A stretch of 64,000 nt of DNA from Macrostomum lignano (lineage: Eukaryota): the NCBI GenBank assembly GCA_002269645.1, contig NIVC01000312.1:1-64000 (forward strand), in the 5' to 3' direction. Of this stretch, positions 1 to 12,000 are shown piece after piece. A model generated the notes under the pieces. It saw nothing but the letters and a program-made list of their open reading frames with translations. It was not told where the DNA came from and made no database searches. Every line of letters begins with the position of its first letter. The stretch's first letter is position 1. Made by a program: the position numbers and the translations under genes.

Positions 1-3000
1 AAGAGTGACGAATTATGAGTGATAATTTTGTAACATGAATAATAAACTACTGGCAAAACTGTTCCACTTACAGAGCTGCTGAATGAATTACAGATATAAT
101 ATTTTAGTATAAGGGGATGCTTCTATGAAAGCTCGGGCTCCTACCAATTTGATCCAATTGCTGTATTTATTTTTCAGAATATTTTCGACGTACAAAGTAT
201 CCATACGTAATTATTTATATTAAACATTCTATTTCGTTCTGCATAATTTTCACTCAATTTTAAATCCTATTTTTTAAGTTAAAGATGATCGCGCTCAAAT
301 GCTATAAAGTAGGTTCCCAGTGTAGCTCTTAGATCGCCTCCTAAATACTTATTTAGATTTTCAATCAAGTCTAAAAAACAACTCTAGAAAACAACCTTGA
401 TAATTATTTGCCCTTTTCTCTTCCCATTTCTCTCCACCTGTGCTTGCATCCCTATATTGTAATGCATTGCTTAAAACAAATATATGCCATACTGTACTCG
501 GGGTGCGCAGGATTCAGAATACAAACAAGGCTGTCAATCATAGGCTATTAGTAACATGTATAAGTAATGGAAAGGCATAAAATTCACATGAATTTAAACT
601 TAACAAGTACTTAGCCAAAGAGACTATCCCATTTATTCGATCGTTTCCTGCGTACCCCCCAATAATGTCTTTGAATTAGTTTTTATATTCAACAGAGGTG
701 AAGGAATTCGAGTAGGGGTATTCAGCTAGCTGTGAAAGGAACGCAGCAACATAAGTACTTGAAGAAGTCAAGAAGTTGTAATTCAGTGCAGCTATACAAA
801 GTAGTTTTGGTACTTTTTCCACCATTCTCACTAAGATGTACAGTCCTGCATGACTGCTATAGCTGACGGGCAGCCAATCAGTTTTTCGCACATTTAACTG
901 CCTTACAATGAATTGGCAGAGAATGAGTAGCCAACCAGCTGTTACAGAGTGATTCATTCAATTAATGATTTGCGCAAAGTGGCGGTCTATCACAGACTTT
1001 AGATTATCACAATTTTAGACTGACTGTGAACTCTAAGCTCTTAATAGAGAATGCCATAGCAGAACATTTAAGCTGCAATCGCACCCTAACGCTGACTCAT
1101 ATTCCTAAAGTTTGATTTGCATCAATTTCAGTTGACAGTGAGCACTTGAATTTTACAGCTTTATTATCGGTGCCTTTCAAAAGGCAGCCCTGTGTATTAG
1201 CTGCGCAGTGAATTCAAGAGGTGGGGGGGTCAAATGCCGCGGTGCATTGGAGGGGGTGGGTCGCTGTGTATTGGAGGGTTGATTTACATAGATTGCGCAA
1301 CTATAATGTTCACTTAATTGAGACTGATACTGACTGCCTGAGAAATAGTTATGTCAATGTCAAAGCTGCTTCGTGTGACTTTTACTGAAACTGAGTTGGG
1401 TTATGGGATTCAGCTGATGGAGATCACTTAATGGAATTCCGGTGATAGGAGTTCTTCCCCTTTCTCCTCCAGCGGAGGAGTTGGCCTCGTATATACTAAA
1501 GTTGACGTGTTGTTTGTCTGTCTGTCTGTCTGTCATTTCGACAACTCCTCCTTGAATAGTGTCAACTCAGCGTTGAAACTTATATGGGAAGATTGGAAAT
1601 TATCCGAGGTCGGCTATAGGCTATTTTAATTCTGAAATTTTAATTTCTAAGATCCTCAAAAAAGCAGAAAACGGCGGTCTTGACCTTTGATAATCTTAAT
1701 TGTCCCCTCTTTCTGCTTGGAGCTGAAAATTTGCATGAATTTCAAGTGATTGCGCCACAACTTTTCCCTATCTATGCAGTGTATTTTCTCTCCAGTGGGG
1801 GGATGGGGCGTTCTAAATGGCTGCATGTGTACAATCGGACCCTGGCTCACTGGCTGACTGTATAGACAATTGCGCAAAGATTTGTGTTCTAATTTTCAAT
1901 AGGCAGCCCTGTGATTTTGTTGAACCTTGAAATTCAATGCATAAACTTGCGGGCCTCTTTAGCAGGCAGTGAACGTACAATCGATATTTCAATGCTTTAA
2001 ATCAGAAAGTTTCAAACGCAAACTGTTGCTCGAGTTTTTAACTTTGAGAGAAAAAATTTATATTGCTGGAAAGAACTTGCAAAGCTGATTTCAGGGATAT
2101 AAATTGTTTGCTTTAAATATGAAAACTAAAAGCTCTGCATTGCAAAAACTATTTCCATACTTTAAACTTTCTGCAAAGATTGTACTCATTTTAGGATTTC
2201 AATGGCGTTCGACCGACCCCCCAACAGTTAGGAGGTCGGTCGGTGTGTATTTGAGGGTTGATTTAGATTGCGCAATCTGTTTGTTAACTTTAACTGAGAC
2301 TGATACTGACTAACACAGAAATATATTGCACAATCAATTGATTCAATTGGTTCATTTTTTATTATCGGCCCTGTGTATTAGTTTGGCAGTGAAATTCAAT
2401 GAATAAACTTGCGAGCTTCTCTAGCAAGTAGTCGGGAAATTGGTAAATTCAAACGCTAACTGTTCCTCGAGTTTTAAACTTTCAGAGGAGAAACTTATAT
2501 TGCTGGAAAGATCTTGCAACGCTGAGTTCGGGGATATAAGTTGTTTGCTTTAAATGTAAAGAAAAAGCCCAGCATTGAAAAAACTATTTCCATGCTTTTA
2601 ACTTTCTGCAAAAATTGTGCTCAGTTTTGCGAGACGTAATAGATAAAGTTGGGGGGAGGGTTCAACTTCTCACTGCTGCTGTGTATTGGAGGGTTGATTT
2701 AGATTGCGCAATGTTTTTGTTAACTTTAACTGAGACTGATACTGACTGACTGTGAAATCGTTGCACCATCAATTTGTTTTATTATCTGTGCCTTTCAATA
2801 CGCTGCCCTGTGTAATAGCCAGCCTGTGTAATGAATGAATCAACTTGCGAGCCTCTTTGGCAGGCAGTGAACGTACACTCGATATTTTAATGCTTTAAAA
2901 CGGAAACTTTCAAACGCTAACTGCTCTTCGAGTTCTAAACTTTAAGAGAAGAGACTTATACTGCTGAAAAGATCTTGCAATGCTGAGTTCGAGGATATAA

Positions 3001-3310
3001 ATTGTTAGCTTTCAATATAAAGACTAAAAGAGCAGCATCAAAAAACTATTTCCATACTTTTAGCTTTATGCAAAGATTGTACTCATTTTTTGGTTCAATG
3101 CCCCCAACAGATGGGGGTTCAATTTCTAACTGCCACAGCGTATTGAAAAGGGGTCGGTCTCTGTGTACTGGAGGGTTGATTTAAATTGCGCAATCTTTTG
3201 GTTAAATTTAACTGAGACTGATACTGACTGTGAAATCGGTTGCGCAATGAATTGATTCAATTAGTTCAATATTTTTATCTGTGCCTTTTAACACGAAGCT
3301 GTGCGTAGTT

Positions 3311-3398
3311 CTAACCCTAACCCTAACCCTAACCCTAACCCTAACCCTAACCCTAACCCTAACTCTAACCCTAACCCTAACCCTAACCCTAACCCTAA
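3311..3398 (-). repeat. Interstitial telomeric (TTAGGG)n tract, ~14 units, in array unit 1
   Basis: (CCCTAA)n on the + strand at the same position in each unit; other tracts at 5587-5622, 10391-10424, 12603-12642 and 14833-14861. Confidence 0.95.
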
Positions 3399-3789
3399 TG
3401 AATCTGGCGAGTTAAGTTGTTTGACGGAAAAAATTCGATTAAGTCAAGTTTAACGGAGACGATTTCAATGTTTAAATTCTGACGGAGAAGATTTCTGTTT
3501 CGTGGAGAGGATTTCGATGATGTTCAGTTTCACGAAAGGATTTCCATGGTGTTCAGTTTCACGGAGAGGATTTCGATCATGTTCAGCTTCACGGAGAGGC
3601 TTTCTGTTTCGCGGAGATAATTTATGATTGATTTCTGTTTTATGGAAACAATTTTGATGGATTTAAGTTTCAAGGAGAGGATTTCGAAGGAGTCCAGTTT
3701 CACTGAGAGGATTTCGATGGTTTTTAGTTGCACAGACAGGATTTTTGCTTCGCGGAGAGGATCTTGATGGATTTGGCATCTTCAATCAG

Positions 3790-4500
3790 TCAGAGAAGAG
3801 AGTAAAGAGAAGACTGAAAAGAGAAAGAGAAGAGATGATAGAAAACAGAGTATAATTGAGTGGAGAGATTAGACATGACAGATTGGAGATGATAGGAGAG
3901 AGAATAGATGAGGGATAAGAGCGTACAGAGGCAATATAAGAGAGGGGAGAGTAGAGGAGAAAGAAAGAGTGAGATGAGGAGATGAGGGATGAGAGAGCAG
4001 GGAGAGAGGAGACAGGAGAGAGTACAGACGAAAGACTAAGGAGAAGATATAAATAAGGTAGTAAAGATGAGAGGAGAGAGAGGAGAGAGAAGCGAAAGGA
4101 GAAGAGAGTGAGGAGAGAGGAGAGAGATGAAAGGAGCAAGGAAATGAGAAAAGAGAGAATGGAGAGAATAGAAAAGAGAGAAGAGAAGAGACAGGGGATA
4201 GTGAAAAGGAGGAAGAAAGATGGGAGACAAGAAAGTAGTGTCAGAGCGTATATGAAATATTAGAAATGAGAGCCGAGAGAAGAGAAAGAGAGAAGAAGAG
4301 AGAGGGTTAAGAGAGACGATAGATAAGTGAGTAGAGATGACATATGAGAGAGGAGAGAAGAGGGAGAGATAAGAGTGAAGAGAGGAGACAGAAGACAGGA
4401 GAAGGTACAGACGAAAGACGAGGGAGAAGAGATAAATAAGGGAGCAGGGGTAGAGATGAGATGAGAGAGAGGAGAGAGGAGATATGAGAGACTTGAGAGT
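3790..4500 (+). repeat. GA-rich polypurine tract in array unit 1
   Basis: Almost pure A/G strand; equivalents at ~5998-6330, 10815-11520, 13033-13740 and 15058-15940. Confidence 0.9.
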
Positions 4501-6475
4501 CTTTGAGCTATGGTCTTTGAAAGATTTTGTAAAGAATTTGGAGACGATTTGGAAGATAGGGTTAAAGACATGGAATTTCAGTTGATGGATATTTCAGGGA
4601 ATAGAATTCCGGTGATGGGAGTTCTTCCCCTTTCTCCTCCGAAGGAGGAGTTCCACTCTCTATATATACTAAAGTTGACGCGTTGTTTGTCTGTCTGTAT
4701 GTCTGTCTGTATGTCTGTCTGTATGTCTGTCTGTCATTTCGACAACTCCTCCTTGAATAGTGCCAACTCAGCGTTGAAACTTATATGGGAAGATTGGAAA
4801 TTATCCGAGGTCGGCTATAGGCTATTTTAATTCTGAAATTTTATTTCTAAGATCCTCAAAAAAGCAGAAAACTTGAATCTTGACCTTTGTAATCTTAATT
4901 GTCCCTCTTTCTGCTTGGAGCTGAAAAATGCATGAATTTTTAGTGATTGCGCCACAACTTTTCCCTATCTCTGTAGTGTATTTTCTTTCCAGTGGGGGGT
5001 GGGAGCGTTCTCAGTGGCTGCGTGTGTACACTTGGACCCTGGCTCACTGGCTGACTTTATAGATAATTGCGCAATGATATGGCTACTGATAAGTTTTCCT
5101 GCCTTTCAATGGCAGTCCTGTGTATTTGTTGGACATTGAAATTCAATGCATCAACTTGCAAGCAGGCAGTGAACGTACACTCGATACTTCAATGCTATAA
5201 TCAGACAGTTTCAAACGCTAACTGTTCCTCGAGTTTTAAACTTTGAGAGGAGAAACTTATATTGCTGGCAAGATCTTGCAACGCTGAGTTCGGGGATATA
5301 AGTTGTTTGCTTTAAATATGAAAAGAAAAAGCACAGCATTTGAAAAACTATTTCCATACTTTTAACTTTCTGCAAAGATTGTACTTTAATCTGCAAAGAT
5401 TGTTGGGGGGAGGGTTCAACTTCTCACTGCTGCTGTGTATTGGAGGGTTGATTTAGATTGCGCAATGTTTTTGTTAACTTTAACTGAGACTGATACTGAC
5501 TGACTGTGAAATCGGTTGCGCAATGAATTGATTCAATTAATTCAATATTTTTATCAGTGCCTTTTAACACGAAGCTGTGCGTAGTTCTAACCCTAACCCT
5601 AACCCTAACCCTAACCCTAACCAATGAATCCGAAAGTTGAGTTGTCTGACGGCAAAAAAATTCGATTGAGTCCAGTTTTAGCGGAGACGATTTCAATGTT
5701 TTAATTTTGACGGAGAGGATTTCGATGGTGTTCAGTTTCACGGAGAGGATTTCGATGATGTTCAGTTCACGGAGAGGATTTCGATGATTTTCAGCTTCAC
5801 GGAGAGGATTTCTGTTTCGCGGAGATAATTTATGATTGATTTCTGCTTTATGGAGACGATTTGATGGATTTAAGTTTCAAGGAGAGGATTTCGAAGGAGT
5901 CCAGTTTCACGGAGAGGATTTCGATGGTTTTCATTTGCACGGACAGGATTTCTGCTTCGCGGAGAGGATCTTGATGGATTTGGCATCTTCAATCAGTCAG
6001 AGAAGATAGTAAAGAGAAGAATGAAAAGAGAAGAGAGATGAGATGATAGAAAACAGAGTAGAAATGAGTGGAGAGATTAGACATGACAGACGGGAGAGAA
6101 GAGTGGAGTAAGGCGGGAACGAAGGAGATAGAAGAGAAAAGGAGAGATATGAGAGAAGAGAGGAGACAAGAGACAGAAGAGGGTACAGACGAAAGACGAG
6201 GGAGAAGAGATAAATAAGGGAGTAGGGGTAGAGATGAGATGAGATGAGAGAGAGGAGAGAGAAGAGAGTCACGATAATAGCGAAGAGAGGAGAGAGGAGA
6301 TATGAGAAACGTAAGAGTCTTTGAGCTATAGTCTTTGAAAGGTTTGTAAAGAATTTGGAGAAGATTTGGAAGATGGGATTCAAGACATGGAATTTCAGTT
6401 GATGGATATTTCAGGGAATGGAATTCCGGTGATGGGAGTTCTTCCCCTATCTCCTCCGGAGGAGGAGTTCCACTC

Positions 6476-6508
<33 letters not shown>

Positions 6509-8214
6509 ACTAAAGTTGACGTGTTGTTTGTCTGTCTGTCTGTCTGTCATTTCGACAACTCCTCCTTGAATAGTGCCAACTCAGCGTTGAAACTTATATG
6601 GGAAGATTGGAAATTATCCGAGGTCGGCTATAGGCTATTTTAATTCTGAAATTTTAATTTCTAAGATCCTCAAAAAAGCAGAAAACGGCGGTCTTGACCT
6701 TTGATAATCTTAATTGTCCCCTCTTTCTGCTTGGAGCTGAAAATTTGCATGAATTTCAAGTGATTGCGCCACAACTTTTCCCTATCTCTGCAGTGTATTT
6801 TCTCTCCAGTGGGGGGATGGGGCGTTCTAAATGGCTGCATGTGTACAATCGGACCCTGGCTCACTGGCTGACTGTATAGACAATTGCGCAAAGATTTGTG
6901 TTCTAATTTTCAATAGGCAGCCCTGTGATTTTGTTGAACCTTGAAATTCAATGCATAAACTTGCGGGCCTCTTTAGCAGGCAGTGAACGTACAATCGATA
7001 TTTCAATGCTTTAAATCAGAAAGTTTCAAACGCAAACTGTTGCTCGAGTTTTTAACTTTGAGAGAAAAAATTTATATTGCTGGAAAGAACTTGCAAAGCT
7101 GATTTCAGGGATATAAATTGTTTGCTTTAAATATGAAAACTAAAAGCTCTGCATTGCAGAAACTATATCCATACTTTAAACTTTCTGCAAAGATTGTACT
7201 CATTTTAGGATTTCAATGGCGTTCGACCGACCCCCCAACAGTTAGGAGGTCGGTCAGTCGGTGTGTATTTGAGGGTTGATTTAGATTGCGCAATCTGTTT
7301 GTTAACTTTAACTGAGACTGATACTGACTAACACAGAAATATATTGCACAATCAATTGATTCAATTGGTTCATTTTTTATTATCGGCCCTGTGTATTAGT
7401 TTGGCAGTGAAATTCAATGAATAAACTTGCGAGCTTCTCTAGCAAGTAGTCGGGAAATTGGTAAATTCAAACGCTAACTGTTCCTCGAGTTTTAAACTTT
7501 CAGAGGAGAAACTTATATTGCTGGAAAGATCTTGCAACGCTGAGTTCGGGGATATAAGTTGTTTGCTTTAAATGTGTAAAGAAAAAGCCCAGCATTGAAA
7601 AAACTATTTCCATGCTTTTAACTTTCTGCAAAAATTGTGCTCAGTTTTGCGAGACGTAATAGATAAAGTTGGGGGAGGGTTCAACCACAGATACTATAAA
7701 CACTAGATAGGCCACTCAGGCTAATTTTCTGGGCAAGTTTTTTATTCTACTTTCTGCTTAGTAGCAATGAAAGGAAGCAACAGTATTATTTGCTAAATTA
7801 GACAAATCGAGTGACTGTTTTTAAGACATCGTTTTGCTAACGCCATAAACAACTAACTTGTTTTGTGCAGTAATGGTGTACTGTACATTAAGACGCGACA
7901 GACAGTGTGCAATGCCGCTATCTTTCAAAGTGGAGGAAGGGGGGTAGTCTGGAATAGGGTTAATATCAGTTTCGTATAAGGCAGGGTGAGTGGATCGATA
8001 ATTTAGGCCCACTGGTGGTGGGATAGAAAATAAAGGACTGCACATAGCTAGCCTGGGTTAGGGGTGGGGGTTGAGAGGTTGTGGGTTAGAAAATTTGGGG
8101 GTGGCGAATCGTGCTTAAAAGCTTATATAGATGAACAGGACAAGAGTCAGAGTTAAAGAAAGTTCGAGTGCATACTAGCTTTTCTATCTAATCTTGTACT
8201 CGAGAAATGTTTTG

Positions 8215-8500
8215 ATTCGAACCACTGCTGTGCTCCCACTTGCACGAGCTTTGTACTAGTGCTATTAACATCCGAGAAAGAAAAATCCGTTGCGAATGCA
8301 TAAATTACCAAAAGATGACACTGGCGAAGCGCTGGCAGCAGCTACTGCAGGAGCGTGGATATTGACCTTTATAAACAATTAAATCACGGGGCCTCCGTGT
8401 GTTCAGCTTGCACTTTATGGACGAGGCCTACTGCTGCCTTACAAAGTGCCACGGATGTGCAAGACATCTGTTTTCGCTGGGACGCAATCCCACACCAAGA
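8215..8500 (+). pseudogene. Frameshifted THAP zinc-finger remnant
   Basis: Across frames: NHCCAPTC ... MHKLPKDD / LAKRWQQLL ... ASVCS / LHFMDEAY, matching the THAP C-x-C, P, W, C-x2-H-F pattern. Confidence 0.65.
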
Positions 8501-8764
8501 GTTGATGCTGCCTCGGCTCGTTCAAATAGACCAGCTACCCTCTGTGCAAAGGACTGATAAACGATGAAGAGGCAGACGACATGTACCCTCCAGTGCTGGG
8601 GCCAATTAGCAATCTATCTGCAGCCGAGCCTGCGACTTGCCTGCTGCCAGTGCTGTGGCAGAGCAACCTTCGGCTACCAGATTCTGCGCCGAGAACAGCT
8701 GTTGCGGCTGAAAGCTCTCACCTCTGCAGCCGATTCGCGGGTTCCAAGCGCTAGAGGCAACGAT

Positions 8765-9030
8765 CAAGCGGCTGCAGCAACGATCCCGAGGCCGAAAGTG
8801 ACAGGCGAATCAAGCGGCTGCAGCGGCAATCCCGAAAGCGACAGGCAAATCAAGCGGCTGCAGCGGCAATCCCGAAAGCGACAGGCAAATCAAGCGGCTG
8901 CAGCGGCAATCCCGAAAACGACAGGCAAATCAAGCGGCTGCAGCGGCAATCCCGAAAGCGACAGGCAAATCAAGCGGCTGCAGCGGCAATCCCGAAAGCG
9001 ACAGGCAAATCAAGCGGCTGCAGCGGCAAC
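8765..9030 (+). repeat. 40-bp minisatellite inside the P-like element
   Basis: Five exact-period units CAGCGGCAATCCCGAAAGCGACAGGCAAATCAAGCGGCTG (8821-9020) plus one longer variant unit. Confidence 0.95.
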
Positions 9031-12000
9031 ATTCGATGGTCAAGGCAAGTGCAGCGCAGTCGTGCATCCATGGACTGTGGAGGCGTGGCTAGCGCAGCTT
9101 CCAGCGGTCGACTGGGCGGCAGGGCGCTCGCAGTCAGGGGTGCTCTGGTCAAAGGATGTCATCTCATCAGCAGCTCATTGCAGCTGCACCACAAAAGTCC
9201 TGCTGCTTATCGGCTGCCTGTTACGAAACCACTGAGGATTGGCTCTCCATCGGATACATCCCTGGACCTTGAAGTGGCGCATTCGCCAGTTTTTTTCATC
9301 TGTTGGGCCGTTCTGAATGCTGCCTCTGAACAAGGGCGACTGGCGACCCTGTTCTTCAACAGCACGCTGCGAGTTTCACAAACAGATGAGCTGATTAAGA
9401 TGAGAAATCTTTCTATTTTGCTACACGAATATGGATTATGGAGTATATGATATAGCTCGTATTTGCTAAATATACAATAGTTGACTGCAATAATATAGCC
9501 TTCTATGCAATCTAAAGCATTCACAATGTTGCTTTGAATTGTGGAAAGTATAATTATAAGTTTCTTTTTGCAAAAAAATCAATACAATTGCTGCATTGCA
9601 TTCATCTGTTTTTTTTTATTTTTAAAAAATATAAATAACGCTAAAATGTTTTTACTACTACTAAGCAGAAAGTAGAGTAAACTGTCGTGTTGTGAAAATT
9701 AGCCTGAGTGGCCTATCTAGTGTTTATAGTATCTGTGGGTTCAACTTCTCACTGCTGCTGTGTATTGGAGGGTTGATTTAGATTGCGCAATGTTTTTGTT
9801 AACTTTAACTGAGACTGGTACTGACTGACTGTGAAATCGGTTGCGCCATCAATTTGTTTTATTATCTGTGCCTTTCAATGCGCTGCCCTGTGTAATAGCC
9901 AGCCTGTGTAATGAATGAATCAACTTGCGAGCCTCTTTGGCAGGCAGTGAACGTACACTCGATATTTTAATGCTTTAAAACGGAAACTTTCAAACGCTAA
10001 CTGCTCTTCGAGTTCTAAACTTTAAGAGAAGAGACTTATACTGCTGAAAAGATCTTGCAACGCTGAGTTCGAGGATATAAATTGTTAGCTTTCAATATAA
10101 AGACTAAAAGAGCAGCATCAAAAAAACTATTTCCATACTTTTAGCTTTATGCAAAGATTGTACTCATTTTTTGGTTCAATGCCCCAACAGATGGGGGTTC
10201 AATTTCTAACTGCCACAGCGTATTTAAAAGGGGTCGGTCTCTGTGTACTGGAGGGTTGATTTAAATTGCGCAATCTTTTGGTTAAATTTAACTGAGACTG
10301 ATACTGACTGTGAAATCGGTTGCGCAATGAATTGATTCAATTGGTTCAATATTTTTATCTGTGCCTTTTAACACGAAGCTGTGCGTAGTTCTAACCCTAA
10401 CCCTAACCCTAACCCTAACCCTAATGAATCTGGCGAGTTAAGTTGTTTGACGGAAAAAATTCGATTAAGTCAAGTTTAACGGAGACGATTTCAATGTTTA
10501 AATTCTGACGGAGAAGATTTCTGTTTCGTGGAGAGGATTTCGATGATGTTCAGTTTCACGAAAGGATTTCCATGGTGTTCAGTTTCACGGAGAGGATTTC
10601 GATCATGTTCAGCTTCACGGAGAGGCTTTCTGTTTCGCGGAGATAATTTATGATTGATTTCTGTTTTATGGAAACAATTTTGATGGATTTAAGTTTCAAG
10701 GAGAGGATTTCGAAGGAGTCCAGTTTCACTGAGAGGATTTCGATGGTTTTTAGTTGCACAGACAGGATTTTTGCTTCGCGGAGAGGATCTTGATGGATTT
10801 GGCATCTTCAATCAGTCAGAGAAGAGAGTAAAGAGAAGACTGAAAAGAGAAGAGAGAAGAGATGATAGAAAACAGAGTATAATTGAGTGGAGAGATTAGA
10901 CATGACAGATTGGAGATGATAGGAGAGAGAATAGATGAGGGATAAGAGCGTACAGAGGCAATATAAGAGAGGGGAGAGTAGAGGAGAAAGAAAGAGTGAG
11001 ATGAGGAGATGAGGGATGAGAGAGCAGGGGAGAGAGGAGACAGGAGAGAGTACAGACGAAAGACTAAGGAGAAGATATAAATAAGGTAGTAAAGATGAGA
11101 GGAGAGAGAGGAGAGAGAAGCGAAAGGAGAAGAGAGTGAGGAGAGAGGAGAGAGATGAAAGGAGCAAGGAAATGAGAAAAGAGAGAATGGAGAGAATAGA
11201 AAAGAGAGAAGAGAAGAGACAGGGGATAGTGAAAAGGAGGAAGAAAGATGGGAGACAAGAAAGTAGTGTCAGAGCGTATATGAAATATGAGAAATGAGAG
11301 CAGAGAGAAGAGAAAAGAGAAGAGAGAGAGAGGGTTAAGAGAGACGATAGATAAGTGAGTAGAGATGACATATGAGAGAGGAGAGAAGAGGGAGAGATAA
11401 GAGTGAAGAGAGGAGACAGAAGACAGGAGAAGGTACAGACGAAAGACGAGGGAGAAGAGATAAATAAGGGAGCAGGGGTAGAGATGAGATGAGAGAGAGG
11501 AGAGAGGAGATATGAGAGACTTGAGAGTCTTTGAGCTATGGTCTTTGAAAGATTTTGTAAAGAATTTGGAGACGATTTGGAAGATAGGGTTAAAGACATG
11601 GAATTTCAGTTGATGGATATTTCAGGGAATAGAATTCCGGTGATGGGAGTTCTTCCCCTTTCTCCTCCGAAGGAGGAGTTCCACTCGTATATACTAAAGT
11701 TGACGCGTTGTTTGTCTGTCTGTATGTCTGTCTGTATGTCTGTCTGTCATTTCGACAACTCCTCCTTGAATAGTGCCAACTCAGCGTTGAAACTTATATG
11801 GGAAGATTGGAAATTATCCGAGGTCGGCTATAGGCTATTTTAATTCTGAAATTTTAATTTCTAAGATCCTCAAAAAAGCAGAAAACTTGAATCTTGACCT
11901 TTGATAATCTTAATTGTCCCCTCTTTCTGCTTGGAGCTGAAAAATGCATGAATTTTTAGTGATTGCGCCACAACCTTTCCCTATCTCTGTAGTGTATTTT

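Larger units (their letters stand above)
7686..9737 (+). mobile_element. Non-autonomous P-element-superfamily DNA transposon (2052 bp), copy 1
   Basis: ~44-bp TIR CACAGATACTATAAACACTAGATAGGCCACTCAGGCTAATTTTC; 8-bp TSD GGTTCAAC (7678-7685 / 9738-9745); empty site at 2659-2666 in the sister unit; frameshifted THAP remnant inside; no transposase core. Confidence 0.85.

Noticed and set aside
676-957. 93-aa minus-strand ORF
   Set aside because: No recognisable motif or supporting exon structure; could be a stray exon but is unsupported.
3311-3398. True telomere or chromosome-fusion site
   Set aside because: Short tracts at a fixed position in every repeat unit, all in one orientation.
4510-4830. 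Recurrent MVFERFCKEF... ORF as a multicopy gene
   Set aside because: Spans the unit junction and microsatellite; its frame and length change between copies.
8564-9235. 223-aa ORF in the P-like element as a functional protein
   Set aside because: Largely the 40-bp VNTR cycling through three frames; not conserved in copy 2.
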